Assembly: GCA_036557635.1 (NCBI GenBank)
Contig: DATBHD010000085.1
Coordinates: 213 to 64,212, forward strand
DNA length: 64,000 nucleotides
Origin: Gemmatimonadaceae bacterium
GTDB lineage: Bacteria; Gemmatimonadota; Gemmatimonadetes; Gemmatimonadales; Gemmatimonadaceae
Direction of reading: 5' to 3'
Shown here: positions 18,112 to 27,386 of the stretch, in pieces
Layout of the letters: the number at the start of each line of letters is the position of its first letter
How positions within the stretch are numbered: position 1 is the stretch's first letter
The notes under the pieces: model-generated
What the model saw: the letters and a program-made list of their open reading frames with translations, nothing else
The model's database searches: none
What the model was told of the DNA's origin: nothing
Program-made: the position numbers and the translations under genes

Positions 18112-18702
18112 CTACTTCGCGCCGCCCGCCTGCACGACCTGAAGCTCTGGTCTCGGCAGCAACATCGCCGTTCCGTGCTGCCGACCGAAGATTGTCGCCT
18201 CTCGGCAGGTCGGCACCCAGACGTCGATGTGCGCGCCACGAATCATCGATCCAGTGTCATCGATCAGAAATCGGCCGAGATATTTCTCTCCCGCGTACAG
18301 CTCGATATATCGCGAGAGCGGGAAGAGCCTGCGATCGGCGGCCACAATTCCGGGGCGCACGTATCGGCCGCGGCGCGTCGTTCCGCTCAGGCAGTACGCG
18401 GTGATGAGAACTGGCACGGGCTCGCCGGCTCTGAGCGGGTGGTGCATGGTCTTCGTCCAACTCCTCGTCGCGGCGCGAACGACGACGCCCGGCACTGGAA
18501 TCGGCTCGGCTTGAGGATGCCGCGGCATCGGCGCCACCGCCGCCGCTTCGGCGGCGGCGCGCGCATGGACCGTGGCACGCTGCTCGTCGCGAATGCCAAA
18601 TGCGATGACGACCCCGAGCGCGAGCGTCGCGGCTCCCAAGCCACTGCTCACCGCGCCTAACGAGACGCGCGTGCCGAAGCGGCGGGGCCGCCGGGCGGTC
18701 AT
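18112..18702 (-). CDS. 3D (Asp-Asp-Asp) domain protein, membrane anchored
   Basis: C-terminal GIVAADRRLFPLSRYIEL...FLIDDTGSMIRGAHIDVWV matches the 3D/MltA-like fold. Start ATG overlaps the aroB TGA (ATGA). Confidence 0.7.
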   Translation of the reverse strand: MTARRPRRFGTRVSLGAVSSGLGAATLALGVVIAFGIRDEQRATVHARAAAEAAAVAPMPRHPQAEPIPVPGVVVRAATRSWTKTMHHPLRAGEPVPVLITAYCLSGTTRRGRYVRPGIVAADRRLFPLSRYIELYAGEKYLGRFLIDDTGSMIRGAHIDVWVPTCREATIFGRQHGTAMLLPRPELQVVQAGGAK

Positions 18703-19784
18703 TGCAGGACCTCGAGGACGATGTCGTCGGCTACGGCGACGCCCCATCCCTGGTCGCCGCCGGCCATGGCGCCGATCCGCGCCGGCAGCGCGTACTCCAC
18801 CACGCCGGCGCGCGCTTTCTTGTCGCCGCGCGTCGCCGACAGGATCTCGTCAGGCGTCTGATTCGTCGGGCGTGCCGAGGGAAGCCCGGCGCGCTCGATG
18901 GCCGTTCGCACGCGGTCGCTGGTTCCCGCCTCGGCGATGCCGAGTCGCTCGGCGACGCGGCTCTCGAGCACCATGCCGACGGCGACGGCCTCGCCATGCA
19001 GCATCTTGTAATCGCTGCGCAGCTCGATGGCGTGCCCGAGGGTGTGGCCGAAGTTGAGCGTTTTCCTGATTCCGCCTTCGCGCTCATCGCGCTTCACGAC
19101 GTCGGCTTTGATCGCGACGCTGCGGACGACGACGCGCTCGAGCGCCGCCGCGGCGCTGCGATTCCCAGTCACGATTTCCGGCGCCGACTCGGCCACATCG
19201 GTGAAGTACGACGCGTCGGCGATGACGCCATGCTTGATGGCTTCGGCGAGCCCGGCGCGCAGATGTTCGGCCGGCAGCGTCCGGAGCACATCAGGATCGG
19301 CAACCACCGCCGCCGGCTGGTGAAACGCGCCCACGAGGTTCTTGCCTGCCGGCGTGTCGACGCCCGTCTTTCCGCCGATGGACGCGTCGATCATCGCGAG
19401 CAGTGTCGTCGGCACCTGGATGAATGGAACGCCGCGCATGTACGTGGCGGCGACGAAGCCGGCGAGGTCGCCAATCACGCCGCCGCCGAGAGCGATGACC
19501 GCCGAGTCTCGTCCAAAGCCGTCCGCGAGCATCGCATCGGTGAGCGAGGCCCAGGTAGCGCGAGTCTTCTGCTCTTCGCCGGCGGGGATCGTGTACAGGC
19601 GAGTGCGACCTTCGCCGACTGCCGACCGTGCTCGACCCGCATACAACGGGGCCACGCTCTCGTCGGAGATGATCGCGTACCGATGCGCCTTGGCGTTCGC
19701 CGCAGCGATTCGCCCGAGCTCAGCAAGGGCGCCGCGCGCGATCAGCACACGATATGTCGGAAGCTCCACCTCGACCGGGTCCAT
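18699..19784 (-). CDS. aroB: 3-dehydroquinate synthase
   Basis: 361 aa with GGGVIGDLAGFVAATYMRGVPFIQVPTTLLAMIDASIGGKTGVD and metal-binding HGEAV motifs. Confidence 0.9.
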   Translation of the reverse strand: MDPVEVELPTYRVLIARGALAELGRIAAANAKAHRYAIISDESVAPLYAGRARSAVGEGRTRLYTIPAGEEQKTRATWASLTDAMLADGFGRDSAVIALGGGVIGDLAGFVAATYMRGVPFIQVPTTLLAMIDASIGGKTGVDTPAGKNLVGAFHQPAAVVADPDVLRTLPAEHLRAGLAEAIKHGVIADASYFTDVAESAPEIVTGNRSAAAALERVVVRSVAIKADVVKRDEREGGIRKTLNFGHTLGHAIELRSDYKMLHGEAVAVGMVLESRVAERLGIAEAGTSDRVRTAIERAGLPSARPTNQTPDEILSATRGDKKARAGVVEYALPARIGAMAGGDQGWGVAVADDIVLEVLQ

Positions 19785-19834
19785 GCTTAGCGGACGGTCA
19801 CACGAGGAGTCGGGTTACCACAAAGTGACGCGGA

Positions 19835-20380
19835 TCACCACGTCACCTCGCCGGTTCCGGCGCGCCGGTTCGCCAGACGCGCCAGCGTGAAGAGCAAGTC
19901 GGACAGTCGGTTGAGATAGATGACGACCACGCCAGGAATCTCCTCTGTCTCACTCAACGAGACGACGCGACGCTCGGCGCGGCGGCAAACCGTGCGCGCG
20001 ACGTGGAGCGCAGCCGCTTTCGGCGAGCCACCGGGTACAACGAAAGCCTTGAGGGGCTCGAGCTCTCGATCGGCGTCGTCGATGGCACTCTCGAGCTGCT
20101 TTATCCGGTCGTCGTCGACACGCGCCTTCTCGAGATGCAAGCGCATCTTCTCGCGGTCCGGCGTCGCGAGCAAAGCGCCAATCGCGAACAGGTCGCGCTG
20201 AATCGGGATGAGTACTTCATCGACGTGCGGCATCAGTGCGATCGACCTGGCGAAGCCGACCACGGCATTGAGCTCGTCGACGTCGCCGTATGCCTCGACG
20301 CGCGGATGGTTCTTCGCGACGCGTCCGCCGCCGAACAAGCCGGTGTCGCCGGCGTCGCCTGTCCTGGTGTATATGCGCAC
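19835..20380 (-). CDS. ATP:cob(I)alamin adenosyltransferase, PduO type
   Basis: 181 aa; N-terminus MRIYTRTGDAGDTGLFGG is diagnostic of PduO/MMAB-type adenosyltransferases. Confidence 0.85.
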   Translation of the reverse strand: MRIYTRTGDAGDTGLFGGGRVAKNHPRVEAYGDVDELNAVVGFARSIALMPHVDEVLIPIQRDLFAIGALLATPDREKMRLHLEKARVDDDRIKQLESAIDDADRELEPLKAFVVPGGSPKAAALHVARTVCRRAERRVVSLSETEEIPGVVVIYLNRLSDLLFTLARLANRRAGTGEVTW

Positions 20381-20386
20381 GAATGA

Positions 20387-20464
20387 AGGTGCTGATGATA
20401 GGTGCTAGGAGCTAGGTGCTCGCAGGCGTGTAGTCTAGCACCTATTACCGAGCACCTAGCACCT
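20387..20464. repeat. AGGTGCT x4 / AGCACCT x3 inverted heptamer array (locus c)
   Basis: AGGTGCTgatgatAGGTGCTAGGAGCTAGGTGCT - 16 nt - AGCACCTattaccgAGCACCTAGCACCT. It fills the 99-nt gap between the kinase stop and the adenosyltransferase start. Confidence 0.7.
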
Positions 20465-20479
20465 CAGCCAGCCCTATCC

Positions 20480-21508
20480 TCAAACCCCTAGCCCCTTCTT
20501 CCACCAACTCCGATTCAGCGCCGCCTTGAGATTCGTGAACTCCGTCTCTTCACCGCCCACGGTCGGCGGTTGATACGAGCCTGGGAAGAGCTGCGCGAGA
20601 TGCGCCTCGAGCTTGTCGGGCGTCGCAACTTCTTGCTGATGGAACACCCACTGGTCCAACGCCTGGCCGAGAAGGGCGGCTGTGGGACGACGCGCGGGGT
20701 CGCGCTCGAGAGCGGCGAGAATGATGCGCTCGAGATCCTCGTCGAGATTGGTGACGAGATCGCGCAGTGAAGGAAGTGGCTCGATCGCAATCTCGGTGAG
20801 CGCCTTCGCGGTGATCTCCTCGCGGAAGAGCCGCTCGAGGGCGAGCAGCTCGAACAGAACGAGACCGAGCGAGAACACGTCGCTCCGTCCTTCGACCTGG
20901 AGGCCGGTGAGCTGCTCGGGACTCATGTAGTGCTTCTTCCCGATGCGAATTCCATCGGACGCAGGATCGATCGACGTGCGCGCTTTCGCGATGCCGAAGT
21001 CAGCGAGCTTGATGTGTCCGTCCCAGGTGACCATGACGTTACCGGGCGAGACGTCACGGTGCACGATGTCGAGCCGATGTCCGTCGGGCCCGACGAAATT
21101 GTGAGCGAAGTCGAGGGCGCGACACACGCGGCTCGCGATGTAGGCCGCGAGCGTTTGTGGCATCGCGCGCCCGACGTCGCGATGCCGATCGACGATGGCG
21201 CGCAGCGTTGGACCGACGATGAATTCCATCGCGATGAAGTAGTCTCCTGCCACTTCACCGAGCTGATAGATCTGCACGATGTTCCCGTGCAGGAGGTTCG
21301 CCGAGAGCTTCGCTTCGTCGATGAAGAGCTGAAGGAACTCCGGCCTCTGCGCGTAATGCGGGTGAATGACCTTGAGGGCGATGCGCTTCGAGAAGCCGGA
21401 TGGTCCGAGCTGCTGTGCCTCGTATACTGTGGCCATGCCCCCCTCGGCAACCTTGTTGACGAGTCTGAAGGTGCCGCGATAGTCGAGGTGGCGCTGGGGG
21501 TCGATCAT
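20480..21508 (-). CDS. serine/threonine protein kinase (Hanks type), kinase domain plus short tail
   Basis: 342 aa. Gly-rich loop EGGMATVY, catalytic HRDVSPGNVMV, DFG, and SPE motif. Confidence 0.85.
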   Translation of the reverse strand: MIDPQRHLDYRGTFRLVNKVAEGGMATVYEAQQLGPSGFSKRIALKVIHPHYAQRPEFLQLFIDEAKLSANLLHGNIVQIYQLGEVAGDYFIAMEFIVGPTLRAIVDRHRDVGRAMPQTLAAYIASRVCRALDFAHNFVGPDGHRLDIVHRDVSPGNVMVTWDGHIKLADFGIAKARTSIDPASDGIRIGKKHYMSPEQLTGLQVEGRSDVFSLGLVLFELLALERLFREEITAKALTEIAIEPLPSLRDLVTNLDEDLERIILAALERDPARRPTAALLGQALDQWVFHQQEVATPDKLEAHLAQLFPGSYQPPTVGGEETEFTNLKAALNRSWWKKGLGV

Positions 21509-21620
21509 TTCGCGTGGAGCGTTGGGCGCGGAGGGTGGACTATGCGTGGCGGGAGGAGCGGGAGGTCGCGCGCAGCGCGAGCGACTTGTATCAGTCCGTT
21601 CGGGCGGCGAACGTTATCGG

Positions 21621-22643
21621 ATGGCTCAAGAGATCAAAGACATTACGATCATTGGCGGAGGGCCCACCGGACTCTTCGCTCTTTTTTACGCTGGCATGCG
21701 GGGTGTCACGGCGCAGATCATCGACGCGCTTCCGGAAGCCGGCGGTCAGCTCACCGCGCTGTATCCCGAGAAGTACATCTTCGACGTCGCCGGTCTTCCG
21801 CAGGTGCTGGCCAAGGACTTGGTGCGATCGCTGGTGGAGCAGGCGGGACGCTTTCAGCAGCCAATTCACCTCACGCAGCAGGTGACCAGCCTAGAGCAGG
21901 ACGGAAATCGGTTCGTGCTCGTCACGGAAACCGATCGATTCCCGACGCGCTCGATCATCGTGGCCGCGGGGATCGGCGCGTTTTCGCCGCGGCGTCTTCC
22001 GCAGGCTTGTGCCGAACCCTGGTATGGCCGGGGGATCTATGACGTGGTGACCGACCCCGAGGTGTTCCGCGATCAGCGAGTATTGATCATCGGCGGAGGG
22101 GACTCCGCGTTCGATTGGGGCACGCAACTGCTCGATCGTGCCTCGCGAGTAACGCTCGTGCATCGCAGCGACCGGTTCCGAGCGCACGACGCGACGGTCG
22201 CCGAATATCGCGCCGCGGTGAACGCCGGCCGCGCGGAGCTCTATACGTTCCACGAGCTGCATGACATCGTGTGCCGCAATGGCGGCGACCACTTCTCACA
22301 TATTCTGCTACGCGACATCAAGGCGAAGGCGACGCGCGAGCTCGAGATCGACGTCGTGCTGCCCATGCTCGGCTTCGTGAGCGACATGGGCGCGATCGGG
22401 GACTGGGGCCTAACGCTGGAGAAGGACGAGATCGTCGTGAACAGCCAGATGGAGACCGGGCGTCCGGGCATCTACGCGGCGGGCGACGTGACGACGTATC
22501 CGGGTAAGCTGAAGCTGATCGCGACGGGCTTCGGCGAGGCGGCGACGGCAGTGAACCAGGCGGTGCACTGGATCTACCCCGAGAAGAAAGTCGCGCCGGG
22601 GCACTCGTCGAACATGGCCGTGTTCGGACAGAAAGATGATTGA
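21621..22643 (+). CDS. ferredoxin-NADP+ reductase, thioredoxin-reductase-like (YumC type)
   Basis: ITIIGGGPTGLFALFYAGMRG...GGQLTALYPEKYIFDVAGLP. I use the internal ATG at 21621 (MAQEIKD); the upstream 33 codons of the track ORF look non-coding. Confidence 0.85.
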   Translation: MAQEIKDITIIGGGPTGLFALFYAGMRGVTAQIIDALPEAGGQLTALYPEKYIFDVAGLPQVLAKDLVRSLVEQAGRFQQPIHLTQQVTSLEQDGNRFVLVTETDRFPTRSIIVAAGIGAFSPRRLPQACAEPWYGRGIYDVVTDPEVFRDQRVLIIGGGDSAFDWGTQLLDRASRVTLVHRSDRFRAHDATVAEYRAAVNAGRAELYTFHELHDIVCRNGGDHFSHILLRDIKAKATRELEIDVVLPMLGFVSDMGAIGDWGLTLEKDEIVVNSQMETGRPGIYAAGDVTTYPGKLKLIATGFGEAATAVNQAVHWIYPEKKVAPGHSSNMAVFGQKDD

Positions 22644-22731
22644 GGCAGCCGAGTAACGACTCGGGTCACCGCGGCGGATATGGCTCCCCCTCCCCGGTGG
22701 GCCAGACCGCCCCGCCGCACGATCGACCAAC

Positions 22732-23940
22732 TCAGAGCCGTAGCACCCTTTCGATCTCGCTCAACGCGGGCTCGATCTCGATCGGCCGATTCGCGCGCGC
22801 GGGTGGCGGCTCCGTCTTGCTGTGGTACTGGAGCAGAATCTCCGGATCCTTGAGAATGTGTCCGGTCAGCACCGACACGACGACATCACCGCGACCGATG
22901 ACGCCGCGCGAGGCGAGCTCTCGCGCGCCGCCGACGCTCGCCGCGCTCGCCGGCTCGCACCCGACGCCGGACGCATCGACGACCGCCTTCGCCTCGAGAA
23001 TCGCCTCGTCCGACACGTCCAGCACGACTCCATTCGTCTCGCGAATCACGCGTACCGCCCGGCTGTACGACGCCGGATCGCCAATGCGAATCGCCGTCGC
23101 CACCGTTTCGGCCGCCACCGTATAGCGTTTCCTAAAGCCATGACGATAGCTCGCCACGAAGGGCGCGGCCCCCGACGCCTGCACCGAAGCGATGCGCGGC
23201 ATTGTCTCGATGAGCCCGAGTTCTTTCGCCTCACGCAGCGCCGCACCGAACGCCGCCGTGTTGCCGAGATTGCCGGCGGGAAGCACGATCCAATCCGGCG
23301 CGCGCCAGCCGAGCTGCTGCAGCAGCTCGAGCACGATCGTTTTTTGCCCGGCGATGCGATACGGATTGATCGAGTTGGCGAGGTACACGCCGCATCGTTC
23401 GGCGGCTTCGCGTGCGAGGCGGAGGCAGTCGTCGAAGTCGCCGCGCACGAGCAGCGTGCGCGCGCCGTACGCCAGCGACTGCGCGAGCTTGCCTAACGAT
23501 ACACGCCCGCGAGGCACCAGCACGATGGCGGGGAGGCCGGCCTGCGCCGCGTAGGCGGCGAGCGACGCCGACGTGTTGCCGGTGGAGGCACACCCCACCG
23601 CCGCCGCGCCCACGCGCCTGGCCTGCGTGATCGCGACGGTCATCCCGCGATCCTTGAACGATCCCGTCGGATTCGCGCCCTCGTGCTTCATGAGCAAATG
23701 CTCGATGCCGCACCACCGCGCCACCGGCTCGCGATGCAGCAGCGGAGTGTTCCCCTCGGGATACGTGACCACGTCGTTCGCGCCCGGCAACACCAGCTCG
23801 CGATACCGCCACACGCCCGACGCGTCGAGCGGATTCTGTGCCGTTAGGCGCGACGCGAAGCGCGCACGCAACGCGTCGCCGCGCTCGCCGGGCGCGTCAT
23901 AGGTGAGCGACAACAGCCCCCCGCACGCCCCGCACCGCAT
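22732..23940 (-). CDS. thrC: threonine synthase (start probably further upstream; see finding)
   Basis: PLP-lysine motif GSFKDRGMTVAI. The first canonical start is ATG at 23940, but the in-frame upstream sequence encodes the first half of the expected N-terminal zinc ribbon. Confidence 0.85.
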   Translation of the reverse strand: MRCGACGGLLSLTYDAPGERGDALRARFASRLTAQNPLDASGVWRYRELVLPGANDVVTYPEGNTPLLHREPVARWCGIEHLLMKHEGANPTGSFKDRGMTVAITQARRVGAAAVGCASTGNTSASLAAYAAQAGLPAIVLVPRGRVSLGKLAQSLAYGARTLLVRGDFDDCLRLAREAAERCGVYLANSINPYRIAGQKTIVLELLQQLGWRAPDWIVLPAGNLGNTAAFGAALREAKELGLIETMPRIASVQASGAAPFVASYRHGFRKRYTVAAETVATAIRIGDPASYSRAVRVIRETNGVVLDVSDEAILEAKAVVDASGVGCEPASAASVGGARELASRGVIGRGDVVVSVLTGHILKDPEILLQYHSKTEPPPARANRPIEIEPALSEIERVLRL

Positions 23941-24008
23941 CGCGGTATCGAGCGAGCCGAGCTCGGCGCCGCAATCGTCGCAGCGCTGGACGATGGTTGG
24001 GGGCGCGC

Positions 24009-26510
24009 TCAGCGGGACCCCACGAGCTTGAGCACATCGTTGAGCACGCCCGCCGCCGTCACTGCCACCCCGGCGCCGGGACCGGTGATGACGATGGGAT
24101 TCGTGCGATAGCGCGCGGTCGTGATCGCGAACTGGTTGTCTGTTCCCGTGAGCGCGGCGAACGAGCTGCCGAGGTCCACCCCCACGAGCCCCACGTGCAC
24201 GCTCGTTCGGCTCACCGTCGCGCGATAGCGCAAGACCGTGTTCGCGGCCCGCGCCGCGTCGACACGCTCTGTCCAGAGCGGATCCATCTCCTCGAGCCGC
24301 GCGATGAAATCGGTGACCGGCACGCTCCGAAATGCCGGCGGTACCAGAGACTCCACCCGCACGGCATCGAGCTCGCCCTCGAAGCCGAGCAGCCGCCCGA
24401 GGATCAATGCCTTACGAGCCACATCCATTCCCGAAAGGTCCTCGCGCGGATCGGGCTCCGTGTAGCCAGCGGTCATCGCGGCGTGCAGCGCGGCCGAGAA
24501 GGGGCTCCCGCGTCCCAGCTCGCCAAAAAGAAAACCGAGCGTCCCGGACGGGCAGCCCTCGATGCTGAGGATCTCATCGCCGGATTCTTGAAGCTTCTTG
24601 ATCGTGTCGATGATCGGGAGGCCGGCGCCCACGGTGGCCTCGTGAAGCAATCGCCGACCGCGCAACGCCGCCGACCGCGCCAGTCCGCCGGCGCGCTTTG
24701 CGCCACCGGGCGACGCCAGCGGCTTCTTGTTAGCAAGTACTATATCCATGCCGGCCTGGAGCGCCGTCTCCAGGATGTCGTCCGTGTCGCCCGCGGTGAC
24801 GTCGACGAGTATCGGACGCGAAAGCGCGTGCTGCGCCACGTAGTCGAGCGCCGCCTGCGCGCTCGCGTGCACGCCGCCGCGCAAGCCCGCGAGCGCTGCG
24901 CCATGCTCCTTGCTGCTCGTGAGCGACGCGAGCCGTCGCGTCGACAGACCGCGCTGGTCGAACACGTAGCCGCTACTGTCGATTACCGCGACGACGCGTG
25001 CACCGCGCGCCTCCTTCGCCGCGCCAATCTGCGCGGCCAGTTCGCGCCCGATGCGGCCGAAACCGAGGATGACCACGTCGGCCTTGTTGGACCTGTCGGC
25101 GGCGCCGCCGCCGATCTTGCTCAACTGAAACGCGTCGTGCACGGCGCGTTGGACGCGCGCGCTGTTCCGCTCGTCGACGACCACGGAGATGTTCAATTCG
25201 GACGCGCCTTGCGCGATCGCGATCACGCTCGTCCTGGAGGCGGCAATCGCGTCGAAGAGCCGCGCGGCGACGCCGATCGTTCCCGCCATGCCGAGCCCTA
25301 CCACCGCGAGAATCGCCGCGTGCGGACGAACGTCGATTGCTTCGACCTCGCCGAGCGCGAGCTGCTTCGCGAACGCCGCGTGCAACGCTCGCTCGGCGTC
25401 GCGCGCGACCTTCCCGGGCACGGCCAGACAGATCGAGTGCTCCGACGAGGCCTGGGAGATGAGCGCGACCGAGATCCCCACATTCTGGAGCGCGCCAAAC
25501 GCGCGCGCGGCGATGCCGGGCACTCCCACCATGCCATCGCCGGAGATCGTCACGATCGCTTGAGCACCGATCGTCGTGATCGCGCGCACCGGCAATCGCT
25601 TTTCGGCGGCGCGATCGCGACGCGTGGAGATCTCTGTGCCTAACGCCTCCGGATCGGCGAGCGGGCGAATGCGCAGTCGCATCTTGTCGCCGAGCCCCAA
25701 CAGCGCGCGCGGGTGCAGCACCTTGGCGCCGTAGTAGGCGAGCTCCGCGGCTTCGCGGACATGCAAACGGGGAATGAGTCGCGCGTCCGGCACCACGCGC
25801 GGATCGGCGGTGAGCACCCCGGGGACGTCTTTCCAGAGGGTGACGGTTTTCGCGCCCAGGGCGCGGCCGAGCAACGTCGCGGTGAGATCGGATCCACCAC
25901 GACCGAGCGTGACGACGGCGCCATCGCGCCCGCGCGCGATGAAGCCGGGCACCACCGGGATGACACCACGTCGAATCAGCGGGACGAGCACTTTGCGAAC
26001 GGCACGCGCGGTGCGCGCAAAGACTGGAGCGGCGTCGCCGTGACCTCCGCTCGCATGAATGACGCGCGCCGCGTCGACGTACTCGGCGCGAATGCCGTGT
26101 GCCGAGAACGCCGCGGTCACGAGATGCGCCGACAGTCGCTCACCCCTGGCGACGATGCGGTCCGTCATCGCGTCGTCGAGGCGCTTCACCGCCGACAGCG
26201 TCGCGAGGTCATCGAGCTCGCGGTCGATCGTGGCGTGGAGCGCGCCGATGAGCTTCGCGTCGCCAATCAATTCGTTCGCCGTCTCGACATGGCGCTCGCG
26301 TAGGGCGGCGATCGCTCTCCGCGCGGCGGCGCGCTTGCCGCGCCGCGAGAGCTCGGCGATGTCGAGCAGCGCGTCCGTGACTCCACCCATCGCCGACACG
26401 ACGACGGCGCTGCCGCGAGCCCGGCGCGTTGCGACGATGTTGACGGCATGGCGGATCGCGTCGGCATTCGCCAGCGCGACGCCGCCAAACTTGTGGACGA
26501 CAACAGGCAT
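24009..26510 (-). CDS. thrA: bifunctional aspartokinase / homoserine dehydrogenase
   Basis: 833 aa. N-terminal amino-acid kinase (VVHKFGGVAL), ACT region and C-terminal homoserine dehydrogenase. Confidence 0.9.
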   Translation of the reverse strand: MPVVVHKFGGVALANADAIRHAVNIVATRRARGSAVVVSAMGGVTDALLDIAELSRRGKRAAARRAIAALRERHVETANELIGDAKLIGALHATIDRELDDLATLSAVKRLDDAMTDRIVARGERLSAHLVTAAFSAHGIRAEYVDAARVIHASGGHGDAAPVFARTARAVRKVLVPLIRRGVIPVVPGFIARGRDGAVVTLGRGGSDLTATLLGRALGAKTVTLWKDVPGVLTADPRVVPDARLIPRLHVREAAELAYYGAKVLHPRALLGLGDKMRLRIRPLADPEALGTEISTRRDRAAEKRLPVRAITTIGAQAIVTISGDGMVGVPGIAARAFGALQNVGISVALISQASSEHSICLAVPGKVARDAERALHAAFAKQLALGEVEAIDVRPHAAILAVVGLGMAGTIGVAARLFDAIAASRTSVIAIAQGASELNISVVVDERNSARVQRAVHDAFQLSKIGGGAADRSNKADVVILGFGRIGRELAAQIGAAKEARGARVVAVIDSSGYVFDQRGLSTRRLASLTSSKEHGAALAGLRGGVHASAQAALDYVAQHALSRPILVDVTAGDTDDILETALQAGMDIVLANKKPLASPGGAKRAGGLARSAALRGRRLLHEATVGAGLPIIDTIKKLQESGDEILSIEGCPSGTLGFLFGELGRGSPFSAALHAAMTAGYTEPDPREDLSGMDVARKALILGRLLGFEGELDAVRVESLVPPAFRSVPVTDFIARLEEMDPLWTERVDAARAANTVLRYRATVSRTSVHVGLVGVDLGSSFAALTGTDNQFAITTARYRTNPIVITGPGAGVAVTAAGVLNDVLKLVGSR

Positions 26511-26673
26511 GCGAGCGTTGAGTCGTGGTGCGAGGCAGACGGGAGATCAACAGTACTTGGACGAAGACATGGAGAGCCAGATACGCCCAAGCGTTTGCGA
26601 ATTGATGCAGCAGGCGCAATGCCGGCAGCGAGGCGCACGAAGCCGACATCATCAAGGCGACGTCGAGAGCGCG

Positions 26674-26716
26674 AAAAAACGAAAGGCCCCGCGTCCTTGA
26701 TTTCGCGGGGCCTTTC
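26674..26716 (-). terminator. intrinsic terminator of the pilin gene
   Basis: On the minus strand, GAAAGGCCCCGCG / CGCGGGGCCTTTC 13-bp stem followed by GTTTTTT, about 20 nt after the pilin TAA. Confidence 0.7.
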
Positions 26717-26736
26717 GTACGCTCTGCGCTCGGTGC

Positions 26737-27144
26737 TTACGGCACGTAACAGCTCGGTTCGCCGTCGCCGGCCGTTGTGACAATCGGATTCGTCGTGTTG
26801 ACGCCGATACCGCACGTCGCACCAGCCAGCTGGCTGTGCGTCACGGTCGCTTGCCAGAAGCCGGCGCCCGTGGTTACCGCCGGCACACCGACGCCGGTCG
26901 AGCTCTTCCACGTCTGGCGCGTCGTTAGGTTTGTCGCGCTCGTGTAGTAGGTCGAGTCGGAGAAGAACGCTTCCTCGGCGGTGACGAGGTTGCGGAGGTC
27001 CGACTTCATCGCCGTCACATACGCCTTGTTCTTTGTGTTCGCGAATTTCGGGATCGCGATCGCGGCCAAGATGCCGATAATGACGACCACGATGAGGAGC
27101 TCGATGAGTGTGAAGCCCTTCCGGGCACGCGGGCTGCTGGTCAT
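26737..27144 (-). CDS. type IV pilin (prepilin-type N-terminal cleavage/methylation domain)
   Basis: Leader MTSSPRARKG, then FTLIELLIVVVIIGILAAIAIPKF. C-terminal Cys pair (ATC...PSC). GGAG Shine-Dalgarno 6 nt upstream of the ATG at 27144; the track ORF starts 4 codons earlier at 27156. Confidence 0.8.
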   Translation of the reverse strand: MTSSPRARKGFTLIELLIVVVIIGILAAIAIPKFANTKNKAYVTAMKSDLRNLVTAEEAFFSDSTYYTSATNLTTRQTWKSSTGVGVPAVTTGAGFWQATVTHSQLAGATCGIGVNTTNPIVTTAGDGEPSCYVP

Positions 27145-27190
27145 GTGTGACTCCATTGTGAGCGAGCAAAAAAGTGATACCTGTTAGAAG

Positions 27191-27205
27191 GCAATGCTCG
27201 AACCA
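27191..27205 (-). promoter_or_regulatory. candidate sigma54 (-24/-12) promoter of the pilin gene
   Basis: Minus strand reads TGGTTCGAGCATTGC. GG and TTGC have exactly the consensus spacing (TGGCAC-N5-TTGC). It lies about 35-45 nt upstream of the pilin start. Confidence 0.45.
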
Positions 27206-27386
27206 GGGGTCGCCACATCGCTAACGTCCGCCGAGACATCAATTTAGGTGCACGCGTCGGGTCGAACGCATATCGCGTTTTGCCCGTCTCCTCGCAAAGA
27301 GCACGCAATCGAGACGGTCAAAACACCCTAGGCAGCTCGACGACGAGGCTGAGCGAAAGCTGCGCGCTGAACCTCCGGGCGACTGG

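Noticed and set aside
23997-25643. 548-aa + strand ORF opposite thrA
   Set aside because: It is an antisense shadow of a clearly recognisable aspartokinase/homoserine dehydrogenase gene.
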